DNA of 64,000 bases. It comes from Zootoca vivipara. Its lineage: Eukaryota. A program made the translations under genes and the position numbers. Shown piece after piece: positions 50,001-62,661 of this stretch. The notes beneath the pieces are model-generated. The model saw only the letters and a list, made by a program, of their open reading frames with translations, ran no database searches and had not been told where the DNA came from. The DNA lies in assembly GCF_963506605.1 (NCBI RefSeq), contig NC_083282.1:58404001-58468000 (forward strand). The letters run 5' to 3'. Numbering within the stretch: the stretch's first letter is position 1; each line of letters begins with the position of its first letter.

Positions 50001-53000
50001 CATTCCTGCACACATCACTGAAACAGATCCCTTGATAACAATTGAAATTTACTGATAGACAAAATGATGAATGCTACACAAACATATTCGCAAGCGTTCC
50101 CAAAATAGAAAAACTAGCAAGAAAAGTTTAGATTGTTTTTGGAGGATTTCTGGGGATTTGGATTGCTTTTAAAACCCATTTACCATCTTTTCTACACATA
50201 CAGGTATGTCTTGATTCCATCTTTTCTGATGAAAAATACTGGAATTTTTTTTTTGGGGGGGGAAACATGGTAGGAGGACTCACTGGAATCAGTTTTAATA
50301 CAAGGTTTTATATTACAGTCATACGTCACATGCTTTTATTATTGGAAATATTTATTGGCTGACTTCCTGAGCAAAGTACATACAACACAGCTTTAATGAT
50401 GAAAAACATCCATGGTACAACAGCAATACAAAATAAAAATAAAATTTTATTTCTACAAGTATCACAGCACTAAAAGCTATATATTTAGTTATGCATGGTC
50501 TGTAGGTACCTCTCCATTAGCCTCTGAGTTTGTGATGGTGATCTGCTATGCCATGGCCTATGCCCAAGTGGGCAGAAAGCTCTGAAAGGGCTGATGCAGG
50601 GTAATATGCCAGTAGTTTTGGATCCACAAGATCCAAATCCTCAGAAATCCTCCAAGGACCCTGATCCTCCACACACCCCTCCAATCTAAATTGATTACAA
50701 AACAACTACCCACCTCCCTGTCTTCAACTCTGCCTGGAGTAAGGCAGCCAGGCTTGAGATGCAGCTGTGGGTCCGCAACCCCTCAGCCCCACTTAGGTTT
50801 GTTTTGCCCCAACACAAAATGAAAAAGCTACAGAAAATTATAGCTCCTATCTATACTGTAGATTTATGCCACACTCGACTCAAGATACAAAAGGTTGCCA
50901 TCTTCATGAGATGAGTGTACTGTACAGGGCCTTCATTTTTTGTAAATTGCTGCTTGCCTTCTTCTGGTGATTTTGGAGATTCTAGAAGCAAGTACAGTAT
51001 CCTGAATTTGATGTCTTATTGACCTGGCCGCTCCCTTGGGGTTAATCTTCACACCTCTCACCTCCAGTAGCTATGACACAGGCATCTTGGTACAAAGGTA
51101 ACTGTACAATCCAATGCATGTCTACTTTGCGTTCAACGGGCCCCCCCAGGTAAGTGCATATAAGAGAGGTGGGAAACCTCAGGCTAGGGTCCAAATGTAC
51201 CCCTCTTAGCCTCTTCTGTCTTCCCCCAACCCAAATCCCTTATCGGTCCTGTTCCATGTCCTCCTCAACCAGGTGGAATGTCTCCTTGCACTGTGATAAT
51301 GCATCTTGCTTGCCTGGATAGAGAGATGGTTGTAGGCATGTAGAAACCTCTGATGCATGTAACTACTGGAATGTAGCCCACTTTTTGCCACCAGCATGTA
51401 GCCCATAAGGAGTTTTGGTCCTCAGGCTGAAAAAGGCCCCTAGGATTGCAGCCAAGAACAATTATAATTTCAAGGCTGCAATCGTATTTGTGTTTGTTGG
51501 GAAGTAAGAGTCACTATATACAAAGAGGATATTCTTTCTAAGCACACTTCCAGACAATTTCTCTAATTGACCACAGCCATATCCTGTTCCCTGTTCCAAA
51601 CATATAGCAAAATTTCATATTCTTCTTAAGTTGCAAATGAGTCCCCTTTATGTTGTAAATGGAGTGAAATAAGTTCAGGTTTAATAAGAAATAATGTACT
51701 GCATATATTTAATTTTCTCAAAATGTCCTTTAAAAAAAGGGTGTGGTGTAATTCACAATGGCTTCAAAATTTCCAGAAATTTATATCTCTTACTGAAATT
51801 AATGGAAGTTTGTGAAAAAAGCACTGTTCTGTTGATAGTGGGAAATATCACCTTGCACTCTTAATCTTCAGCCCTTATACCAATTAAAACAATTAATGAC
51901 ACATCTCATAACTGCCTGCAATTATGAAACTTTAAACGGATAGAAATGGATGCAATGCTTACAATTCTCCTTAGTACTATTGCATTACAAGGGCAATATA
52001 TTTTCTCCATGCTAGCTTGAGCCCCCCCCCCCATTTTCTTAACTCTGATCAAGTCAACCTTAAAATAGCCTCATTATTTTAGCTTTGTCTGTCTTGCAGT
52101 GTTTGGGTGATCTGAGTTGAGCAGCGGTGTTCAGCAATCACCAATTTTAAATTTGCCTAAATTTAAATGAACTCACATGTGCAAATTCAGACACAACAGC
52201 AGGCTTGGTGAGGAGGCAGCTCCCCCATGGATGAAGTGGCAATCCTGTGTAGATGTTGATTAGTATGCCTAGCTTCACTCAGGAGGGTAAAGAGATACCC
52301 TCCAGCTGTACTGGAATAAATTGCACACCAAACTTTGGTATTGGGTAATGAGCAGAGAACCCATCTATTCCCTCATGTCTTCCCTTTCACAACTTCTTGG
52401 AATGACTCCCCCATAGCAAATGCTAATTACCTGGTCCAATGAAAACTTCCTGGGATTGGCCTGAGGGGATCTATCGCTTTCACAAACCTTGGCAATTTAT
52501 GTAAAGTTTTTTCATGGCAATAAGGTTTCCTTGAACTGAACTATGTATGTAACCTTTCTGTGGCTCTTCTCTGGCTGCAGTTAAAAGAAGAACGCCCCTC
52601 CACCCTTTTAATTCAAATAACCTTCAAGAGTCAATGTTCCCACCTCTTCCATACAGAGTTCACCTGCCTCCCCTAGGCTTGGTGTAAGAAGGTCTATCAT
52701 TTATATAGGCAGGGGCCAGCCTTCCCTCTGCTTTGACTGTCTTGCCCTTCTCCCTGCAACGTGAGGAGAATCTTTAGGGCATGGCATTAATCTTCTCCCA
52801 CCTCCCGCCGAGTGACAGGCGTGAGTGCAGCTCTGTTCATAATATTCTGCATAAGGGTCTCTGAACTACATCAAACCAGTGTAAAAATGTCACATAAGCC
52901 ATGAGAAATCATTTCAGGTGCTCTATTGTTCACTTATTCTCTCTCTCTCTCTCGTTCAAGAATTATTTCCACAGGTGAAGCCAAGGAATGAGAACAACCT

Positions 53001-54184
53001 ATGTTTCCTAAATAAAGCATTAGGCAGGATTTGGGAACAGCAAGGTCCCAGGTTTACAGCACAGCCTTTTTGAGCTACTTGAGCAATGGAAAAGTGCTAT
53101 CTGCAGTGTGAACAAGCCAAGCTCAAAGGATGAAGTGATGTAAAGAGGCTTTATGTGGAAAGGGGGGTTTAGGGTAAGGTATACAGAAGAGGAACTGTGT
53201 GCATAAAAAGTAGTTCTTCAAATGACAAAAGGTGGTGGTGGTGGTGGCGGCAGTGGCAAAAACCACAGCAGAACTAGCATTAACACATGGTCTCCCACAG
53301 TCGCCAGATAAATCCCCAAGTGTCCTGAGAATGAGGCAGAAAGGTTTAAGCCTCTTTCACAGTGGACAAAACCCTCCCAAAAAAGAGAGACAGCACTAGT
53401 ATACTCAGAAGGAAGTCCACGTAATATCAGTGGGATTTGCTTCCCAGTAAGGGGGTTGGGGACCACAGCAGGATGAATCTGCCTCCACTATGTGGGCTGG
53501 TGGCAATCCCTGGACATTTACAAGTGTTCTGCTGTTGTTTTCTCTTTAACCCCTCAAACTGTTGTGTAATCACTGAGCGCGACTCCAGGTGCAACATGCC
53601 CAATTGTGTATCCTCATGGCTCATTAATTTCTGCAGAAGCAAGCAAAAAATAAAAATAAAAATAAATCACTAGCAGAAATAGCAGCAAGGTCCCAGGATT
53701 CAGCGCTGTATTTTCTTTAGAAAGCACACACATAAAAACATGCTAATTGAATTTGGATGTTTTTGAGAAATGCAAGGCAGCTCATGCTGGGAAGCGAGCT
53801 AAAAATGGCTCCTCACAAATTCTCTCAGTGCAGATGTGCCAGTGGGCCTCAGTTTTGCCTGCAACAGTCACTGCAATTTCTAGCTTCACTGACACAGCAT
53901 ATCATCCTATGTCAGCAATCTTCATCCTGAGTTGCAGAATCACCTGCTGCTATTCCACATATGCAAAAGCACAAATGGCTCTGCTTCTCTGTCAGAGACG
54001 ATCTATATCGCATTATTTTAAGTATGGATGCTGTGAAACAACTTTCAAAATAGCACAGATATAAAATGGTACTACATTTTTTCATGTAGCCCTCCAAACC
54101 TGTGCAGGATTCCTAGGGATATGTATAGTGACCACATGTGCAGAAAATACTGTTCCGTAGCCCTCTTCAGGTGTTGCCCCTCAC

Positions 54185-54274
54185 CATAGCTGCCAAGTTA
54201 TCCCTTTTTTAAAGGGATTTTCCCTTATGCTGAATAGGCTTCCTCGCGAGAAAAGGGAAAACTTGGCAGCTATG
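54185..54274. mobile_element. 90-bp MITE, copy 3
   Basis: Same TIRs. 8-bp TSD CCCCTCAC at 54177-54184 / 54275-54282. Confidence 0.9.
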
Positions 54275-55150
54275 CCCCTCACACAATTACCATAATGTGA
54301 CAAGAGTCATGCTGTACTCCTTGCCCCTGTAGAATGCAATGAAATGCACTCATGTGGGAGAAAATAAAAGGGTGCAGTGGAAGTTTAGCCTGTGACCCCA
54401 ACCTCTGAGAATCAACCCTGTCCTATTTGCCTCGCTGCACCTCGCTGCAACTGCATTGTCTTATCCTAGGCGCCAATCATTGTAATTCCAGCACTTGAAA
54501 TTTTTTTGGGAACTGTGCTTGGTTGACAGATAGAGTGCATGGCTTATCCTGACACATTTCAAGCTAAAATTGTTTCTCTTCATGTGATTGATTTAGTATT
54601 ATCTCTTTAACAGTTGGAGAGGCTTGCTCACAGCTCACGTCAAGCAAAGACAATGGCACCAAGTGAGAAAGATCTGCAAGGAAAGAAAGATGCATTTGTT
54701 TGAAAATACACTAAGAGCTCAGGAACTTGGGCCAACCATATCTCCCAGGCATTTTCAGTCCTCTCTCCTCCACATATTGCAATGCTCAATGAGGAAAAGA
54801 CCCTTTCTGTCTCATAGCATGCAAAGTGGCCCATAAGATCAGATCACAAGAGTACGGAGCAGTTGTGTTCAGCTTGTGAGTTAAAAGCAACAAGAGCAAT
54901 TTCTCTTATTAAGGACAATTAGCTTAGAAATAGGATATTTGTTAATCAGATGTGACAAATTATTGACAGACAGATATTACGTTCAATAGACCAAAGCTGA
55001 AAACATTGCAGATTCAGTTTCAAATGCTATACAAAAAGAAAAAAATAGAGATAAAAAGATATATGGTGACCATCAGCAACCTTTGATAACTGCTTAAGGG
55101 CGGTTTCCCAGAGAATAAAGGTCACACCATCAATTTCACCAGCTGATTCC

Positions 55151-55644
55151 CTTTTTTATTATTATTTTCTATTTTACATATACAAGTGAAATAAAAACAT
55201 AAACATATAATCCCCTTTGACTTCACACCCCCCATTGTAGATCTTAATATAATGATTTCCCCCTCTGCATCTCTTTCATAACTCTATTCTTACAATCCTT
55301 TATCATTCCACTGTTCAAATTTTTGCTACAAGTTTTCTGTCAATCCTACCAATGTATGTAATTGTTTACAATAGTTTTTCAAATAGGTTGTAAACTTTCC
55401 CCATTCGTTATTAAAGTCCACCTCTTCCTGGTTTCTAACCCTTCCTGCAAGTTTTGCCATCTCAGCATAGTTCATCAATTTTATCTGCCACTCTTCCTTG
55501 GTCAGAGTTGTAGCATCTTTCCATTTCTGGGCTAACAGAATCTGTGCAGCTGTGGTCGCATACATAAATAGCTTAATCTGGTCCTTTGGGGTCTCTGGAC
55601 CTTTAATACCTGAGAGAAAAGCTTCTTGTTTCTTAGGAAAATAA
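55151..55644 (-). mobile_element. L1-clade LINE 3' fragment (ORF2 C-terminus + 3'UTR)
   Basis: Peptide YATTAAQILLAQKWKD....KEEWQIKLMNYAEMAKL...EWGKF..YL, A-rich tail on the minus strand, and TSD CTGATTCC at 55143-55150 / 55645-55652. Confidence 0.8.
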
Positions 55645-57134
55645 CTGATTCCTAGTCTGCTCTACTAGTTTTGCAGATACACACACGCATACCACCAAAG
55701 AAAGTCAAGGAATGTAATCTGCTAATAAATAACTTAATAAAACAGAGGGAGGGTCTTTGATTGCAAATGGCAGAATAGAAATCATAGGAAAGAAAGACAT
55801 GGACCATTCTTTTCTCCCTTACATCACAACATGGACAGAACTTCAAAGCCAGTGAAGTACCAGGATATCTCCCTGACAAAACTTGTGAAGGCAAGAAAAC
55901 TTTATTCAGCTTTCTTTGCTGAATTTTTCTTTTTGCAGACTCAAGTGAAGTTTCAAAGTCTCTTCAAAATTTCACATTCGATTCCAGCTGCTTTTGCAGA
56001 TTTAATTTGGTGGTCTTTTTTTATATAAAAAAACTTACCTCTATTTTTGTCCCCAATGAAATAACCCATGCTTTTCCTCTGCTAGTCATTAAAAAGCACT
56101 CTGCACAAAAAATGTTTCACTTCCTTAAGATCTCTGTGAGAAGAGTCTCTCTCTTAACTGGGAACAGTGGTAAAGAAACAATCACGAACAGGTTAACAAC
56201 AAAGGAGACATGTAAAACACTTCACCACTGAGTAAAACACAGTTCTTAATGGAATTGCACTTTAGGTATGTTTCATTATTTAGTAACTCCCCCCAATTCA
56301 CAATTAAGAGAATTAGCAGCTCTGATGAATATTTAGGCCCTCTCACCCCATAACAGATGAGTTGAAGACATCCCTGCTCCATCTCTATTGGGAAACTTCG
56401 TGTGTGGTTCAGTTTCTTTGAATTCTTCCTGCCAAGCTAGAGATAGGGCACCCTTGCAAAAATGATTAGCCAGTTTAAATTTACAATGGGACATTATAGT
56501 TGAGGAAGCACGACTCCTGCACCTCACAGCTGGGTCCAGCTCCATTTGCTGCTTTGACAAAAAATTGAATGGAAGAAGTCATGTTGATCCATTAGAAGAA
56601 AAAGGGGGGGAAATCTAAGTTGCAGTATCATAATACATTTATTAGGAGCAACTGAAGGTCATGAAGTGCTGAGCTAGCTTTTGTGATTCATTGATCTCTT
56701 CCTACAGCTGGATGTTAAACAAACAAAAGGAGGGGAGAAGCAAAAAAGATATTGGTAAAGGGCTTAGAGCACAACCATCCGTAATATGAGTTGTAAGAAG
56801 ATGATGATTCACGAAGCTGTCTGGGGTAAACTGTACTCTGTGTTTATAGCTCCAAGGCAGGGGTGGCTAACTCTTTTCACTTAATCACACAGCAGGATTA
56901 TCATCTCTGATGGCCACGTGTCCTACTTTTCAGAGGACAGTCTTCTGTTTGCAGGCCTGTCAGAGGACAGTCGTCTCATCTGAAGGGTTGTTCAGTCCAT
57001 GTCTTGTTTACAGATAAAGAACTATAGGGTGAGAGGGCATGTTGCACATCAAGAGTCAGCATCTGGGCAGTGCAGATCACCTGGCCACAGTCTTCCCCAC
57101 AATGCGGAGATGCAACATGTTTCTATTTAAATTA

Positions 57135-57373
57135 CAGTGGTACCTCATGTTGCGAATGGGATCCGTTCTGGCAGCCCATTCACAACATGAAAAGGCCGCA
57201 ACATGAAGTGCTGCATCTGCGCACGCGCGTGATGCAATGCGGCACTTCTGTGCATGCGCACAGATAACGGACACGCCGAACCCGGAAGTGACCCGTACCG
57301 GGACTTCCGGGTTCAGTGCATCCGTAACCTGAAACGACGCAACATGAAGTGGACGTATCCTGAGGTATGACTG
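57135..57373. mobile_element. Tigger/pogo-like MITE, CpG-rich
   Basis: TA|CAGTGGTACCTCA ... TGAGGTATGACTG|TA. Three CAACATGAA repeats. Internal IR GAACCCGGAAGT / ACTTCCGGGTTC. Confidence 0.82.
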
Positions 57374-57477
57374 TATAATAATATTTTCCTAATTTGCCCC
57401 TGTACACATTAACCCATGCAAATCTAATGCAGTTCTGTGTTGCCCCTGCTAAAGAAGTTGATGGTTAACTCTTTATT

Positions 57478-57508
57478 GACAAGAGAAGCAGCTCCCATGT
57501 TGCTCTGG

Positions 57509-57550
<42 letters not shown>

Positions 57551-57964
57551 TCTAACCTCTAGGCAGCTGTTCACAGGTTGCAGCAACAATGGGCCCCTCC
57601 CCTCCTCCAGCTTATATACCCTCTTCTGAGGGGTTGCATGACTGCAACCTGAGACCTCCTGCATGGAAGTTGTTGCTGCTTTTCCCTTTCCAAGCCCCCC
57701 CCCCCCGGTCCTAGAAGACAGTGGGGTGGGAGAAAGTAAAGAGTCAACTGGCTCTTCCCTTGTCTGAATAGTTTCTTCTTCCTCCATGACATCCTGCACA
57801 CCTTCTTCTGTCTCAAACTGCCCTGACTCTTCCTCCTCTCCCTGACTTGGCTCCTGCCGTACAGGCAGCACCAAACCCCATAAATCGTTAGCTCCCTCTC
57901 CTGGGTCACACTCCTGGTGCCCTGCCTCCACACCACACTTTTTGGAGCCCTGCCAGTCCATACC
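57478..57964 (-). mobile_element. Probable solo LTR (Gypsy-like) containing a (TG)n tract
   Basis: Minus strand begins GTATGGACTGGCAGG...GTGGTGTGGAGGCAG, similar in style to 35425. Purine-rich body and TATA-like GGGTATATAAG. No TSD. Confidence 0.45.
57510..57548. repeat. (CA)n microsatellite, ~19 units
   Basis: Directly visible. Confidence 0.95.
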
Positions 57965-59563
57965 TGTTTCCCCCCGCCTCTTGATGATGCATAAATGCCA
58001 ACCTACTGCTAGCTATGGTTATTTGAATATGGCCCAAGGGTTACTTTGACTAGAAGTACATTGAATACAGCCCTATGATTCTTTTTTGTTCAATATGTAG
58101 AATTGGAAAATCAAGTCCCTTGTACTGCCTTCTGAAAATCCATTTTCAAAGAGTTAAATTCTACAAATAAAAATGTAGTACAAGCCAGACTCCTTGAGAT
58201 ACACAAATACACACAGCACTAGACGAATTATTCACCACTACAGAGCCATGAATGATAGCCACTAAAATGCTTAACTGAATCAGTGAACCCAAGAGCAGGG
58301 CTTCGTGGCTGGGACCTCTTGCATTTTCTCATCCCCGACAGGAGTGGAATGCAGTTGATCTGTTACAGTCGAGGTTCTGGATTATTTACATGGTGTTGGC
58401 TCCCTTAAGCAAGAGACTCTAGTGGACTGCAATGGCAATAAATTTCCATCATAATCATTTTGGTGTTGCCGGGTACAATCTGGTTCCTTTTTTCAGAAGG
58501 ACAGTTTATCACACTCATAAACAGGTTCAGAGCAAGGACCATGAAAACAATAAATATCAGGGAATCGAACAGCTGACACAGCCTGGGAAGGAGTGACTCA
58601 GCTACCAGCTCACTGTTTGAAATTTGGTTTAGAGGGAATTTGTCACTCTCCTCTTCCTTCTCAAGTGAAATGAGTTTTGAACATCAAGAAAGTTCAGTGC
58701 AGACCATCAATTTCATACAACTGTATGCTCACATTAAATACCATCCAAGTGGAATTGTGCTGGCTTAAGTGCATGCTTACCAGCTGAAGTGTTGTGTGGA
58801 TCACCACCCACATCTATTCCCAATGGCTGTAGGGTAAATGTGATGAATGAGAAGTACTGACAAAACAGCCTGGAGCAACTGAGATATGTACATTGTGAAT
58901 TCACTGCAGTGGGATCACTATGAAGTAGAGAAAATTATAAGCGACACTTCATGGAGGACAGCACAGATAAATTGTGCCTGATCATAAGAAAGAGAAAAAC
59001 CCATGAAGACAGCAGTGGTATCACACTAAGAAGAAACCTATCTAGATTGCATCTATTGATACAGTCTAGTTCCAGTAGAATTCATGCACATGTTGCCAAG
59101 GTCTTCAATCAAATGGTGACTATTTCCAATTTGGGTAAAGTCTTAGACTGAACCTATCAGACTGAATTGAAAAATTATTGAACAACCTAGTGAGTAGTGA
59201 ATGGATAAGATCTGAGCCCCATCACACAACCTGTTTGCAACTAGTCGGAGACAATTTCTTTTCTTCATCAGCCCATCTCAAGATAACACAGATGTAGCAC
59301 TAAATGAGCAATCCAAACCCTCCTTACATAGGGCTGAAGGTGGGTTTGGAACAAGCAGAGGTGTCCTTCCACCCAGCTCTCCTTGTGCCAACCTCCCCCA
59401 TCTACCTGCCTACCGTGCTGGTGGGTGGAAGGCACATTGGCTGGATCACTGTTGGATGCAGCCATGATGAACATTAGGGCTGTGGATGCAGTGGAGGCCC
59501 CACTGCCCCACAAAGCCACATCAGTGGGGAATTGGGGCATGGATTGCTCTAAAACCAGGTATA

Positions 59564-59946
59564 GGTTATGTAAAGGTAAAGGACCCCTGGATGGTTAAGT
59601 CCAGTCAAATTCAACTATGGGGTGCAGTGCTCACCTCTGCTTTCAGGCCAAGGTATTTGTCCACAGACAGCTTTTTCTGGGTCATGTGGCCAGCATGAAT
59701 AAACTGCTTCTGGTGCACAGAACACCTTGACAAATGCCAAAGTGCACAGAAACATTGTTTACCTTCCCCCCCACAGCAGTACCTATTTATCTACTCATGC
59801 AGGTATGCTTTCAAGCTGCTAGGTTGGCAGAAGCTGGGACAAAGCAACAGGAGCTCACCCTGCCATTCAGTTTCGAACTGCCAACCTTACGATTGGGAAG
59901 CCCAAGAGGCTCAGTGACTTAGACCACAGTGCCACCAGTGTCCCTT
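59564..59946 (-). mobile_element. Sauria SINE, older diverged copy
   Basis: Reverse-complement similarity to 39125-39474 (TAAAGGTAAAGGACCCCTG tail, GGGTCATGTGGCCAGCATGA, CCTATTTATCTACT, CTGCTAGGTTGGCAG). TSD TAAAACCAGGT(A/G)TA at 59550-59563 / 59947-59960. Confidence 0.88.
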
Positions 59947-60783
59947 TAAAACCAGGTGTATAACTGCATTGTGTGGGTGAAATTTAAAGCAAAAGATTGA
60001 ATGTATTGATTATATCTAGACATTTTAAAAACCAAGGCCAAGGTTTAGAGGTGGATCACAGAATCATTCAAACTGATTGTAAAGCTGATCATTTGGTCAT
60101 GGGACTGTATTTGAAGTTCCTACATAAATAAAAAGTACCAAAGTCTCAAAATACTTTCAATCTAAACATGCTTTGTATGTTACACTAACAACATTCAGAA
60201 GTGCCATCCAGAATCCTTGCCACTGCTATATTTTGTAACACTAAAGAAGGGAAAGTCAGGATATGGCTGGACAGAAGACACATGTAACAAAACTGTATCC
60301 TGCCCATACCTGAACACTATCCACCTACCACACATTTTATCTCCAATCACAATATTGTGATTTCATAGCCTCTTGCACACACAAACACAACCTTGAAATC
60401 TAGAAGAATAAAACAACAAAGGGCAATTCTATGTAAAAGTAGACTACTGCCAAACACAAGGAGAGGAATGAATGGAAGTGGCTTCTGCTAGGGATGGGAT
60501 TTGATAGCAGAATGAAGTCCAAATCCCCAAACCATATTTCATTCATAGTGGCACTGTCCAATTTCCATTTCTTAGAGACAATAGTGTGCTGACGAGAAGG
60601 AAAACTCCTCCTCCCCTGGTGCACTGACAGTTGTCTCTGGCCAGACTCAGATAAAAATAAAGCTACCTTTGGCACTATCCATACCTGAAGCAAATGTTAA
60701 GAGCCCTTTGGAATATGCAAGGCTTTCCCATTGCAGAGGGGCTAAGCTTAAAGCCTACTGTGGTTTTAAAGAGCAAGGCTTAC

Positions 60784-60918
60784 CTGTCTTTCTGACATGA
60801 CATAGAGGTAATTATGATCTGTGGAGAAGGCCATGTCACGAAGGATATGACTCCCGTCCTTGAAAACTGGCACCATTTCATACTGAATGCCACCATGAGG
60901 AGGCCCATCTGCTCGGAT
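60784..60918 (-). CDS. PLXNA2: Plexin-A2 internal coding exon (45 codons, phase 0/0; C-terminal part of Sema domain; corresponds to human exon 4 as I recall it)
   Basis: Translates to [45 protein letters not shown], which closely matches PLXNA2 as I recall it ([32 protein letters not shown]...YLYVMSERQ). Acceptor TCTTTATTCCAG|ATC at 60919/60918 and donor CAG|GTAAGC at 60784/60783. Length 135 nt. Confidence 0.93.
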
Positions 60919-61314
60919 CTGGAATAAAGACATACTGCAGGTTAAATCACTGTCATTAAATGTGAGGGAGAAATACAGGCAGATCCTAAGCAAGTGGCTA
61001 TATATGATGGGAATACATGGCTGGTTTGATACCCAGCACATCCAAGTGGAATCATATAATAAGAGTGCTGTGAAGAATTCACAAATGAGTTTTGGAATGC
61101 ATTTTAGGTATTCAATGGTTGAATTGCACACAGAATGGAAAGGAAAACAGAGGAGAGTCCCTGCTCCAATCTCCACGAGTCCATTGACCTTGTGTGCACA
61201 GACCATAAATGAATACTTGGATACTTATAGGCTTTCTCCATGACTGGGGCCCCCACTATTCAGGTTCCAGGTGTGTCTATGCAGATACAACTTGAATGTA
61301 TGCAAGCCCTTTGT

Positions 61315-61443
61315 CAGGGATCGGAAACCTTTGGTTTTGCAGATATTGGACTTCAGCTAGTCCCAGCCAGCATGGCCAATGGTCAGGCATGATGGAAGCT
61401 GTAGTTTAGCAGCATCTGGAGGGCCACAGACTTCCCGTCCCAG
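61315..61443. mobile_element. Degenerate palindromic hAT MITE of the same group
   Basis: CAGCCAGCATGGCCAATGGTCAGGCATGATGGAAGCTGTAGT...CATCTGGAGGGCCACAG. Confidence 0.6.
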
Positions 61444-62612
61444 CTTTATGTGTACATAATCAATGAATATATGGAAGCTGAATGATTTTGCTCATTCCCA
61501 CCCCACTATGTGTTGATTCTCCATACAATTTCACCAAGTGAAAAAGCAAGTGTGTCACTCCTAAATGTCAGCAGAACACAGGCTTGACCTGAATGCATTG
61601 TTTGATCATGCATTCCTTTGAAACAGAATATAGACATTCAAACACAGTTCTTCACTTAATTTGTGAGCAACAGGCCACATAACAGAGGTACGAATACACG
61701 AACCAGACCTTGCAGCATATCCAGATGCCAACTCTGTCCCCTTGTCTACACTGACAACACTATTACAGGTCTGAATAATGTCATACACAACATCAGCTCA
61801 TCTTCCAATGTGAAATATGTATATCTATGTCTCTGTATGACTCTATATACCTGTCATATATGTTCTGTGTTCAACATAGGACAAATACTCCAGTTGATAC
61901 ACTAAATAATAAACGGAAACAAATCTAACATCAGCAATAGCAATATTAAGAAAAAGAGTGGGAGAACATTTCAGCCTTTCAGAACGCTCTGGAACAAATA
62001 GTTCCACACTGGAACAAAGGAATTTCAAAGCAAAACTACGATGTGAAACTGCTGAATTACAATTCATCAAGAGGTTCTCACTTGTGGACTGAATCAGCAA
62101 AATTTAATTTTATCACACTATGTGTGTTAATTGGCTTAACGATGCCAGAATGTTGTATTATTTATACAACTTTGTGTGAGAGAGAATGGCAACTGTTACC
62201 ACCAGTACTTTATTTGTATTTTATTCGCTCTGCAAATACCCCCTCTCATCTGATGCAGGACCTGATTCAGCAATTCAGAATGGACACCAATTTGACCCAG
62301 ATCGATTTAGACCTGAATTGTGTTTCTCCCATTCACTTGCACTGGGAAACCAAAACAGTCATAACCTTCTTGCATTTCCCCCCACATAAGTGAATGCAAT
62401 TTGAAGTCATGATAGTCACTTATAAGGGGAATTACTCTTTGTTAGCCATAGTTAAAGTATTGCTTTTTTCAATTACCGTTATTGGAGATTGTTGAGCAAG
62501 ATTCTGGCCTGGATTGGCAGCTATAGCTGTCAGTGAGGATAGAGGGGCCTGGAGGACCTTCACCATGAGAAGATGGAAAAGTAAACAATGTAGGTAGGGG
62601 CTCCAAACACCA

Positions 62613-62615
<3 letters not shown>

Positions 62616-62661
<46 letters not shown>

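Larger units (their letters stand above)
1..60783 (-). other. PLXNA2: Long intron of PLXNA2 downstream of the 135-nt exon (continues past window start)
   Basis: Begins with the GTAAG donor at 60783. A by-eye search for the next expected exon (VTRVPVESC...GDPHCGWC) found no match in the window. Confidence 0.75.

Noticed and set aside
14488-54274. Repeated palindromic 90-mer as a CRISPR-like array, miRNA cluster or tRNA
   Set aside because: Copies are about 20 kb apart, each has its own TSD, and the context is eukaryotic. TIR structure explains the hairpin. The roughly even spacing (19.6 and 20.1 kb) is treated as coincidence with n=3.
57473-57961. 162-aa acidic ORF
   Set aside because: Arises from a purine-rich LTR-like sequence and a (TG)n tract. 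No domain or splice signals.
60766-61206. 146-aa ORF as a stand-alone gene
   Set aside because: Only 60784-60918 is plexin-like and bounded by splice sites. The rest is intronic read-through.
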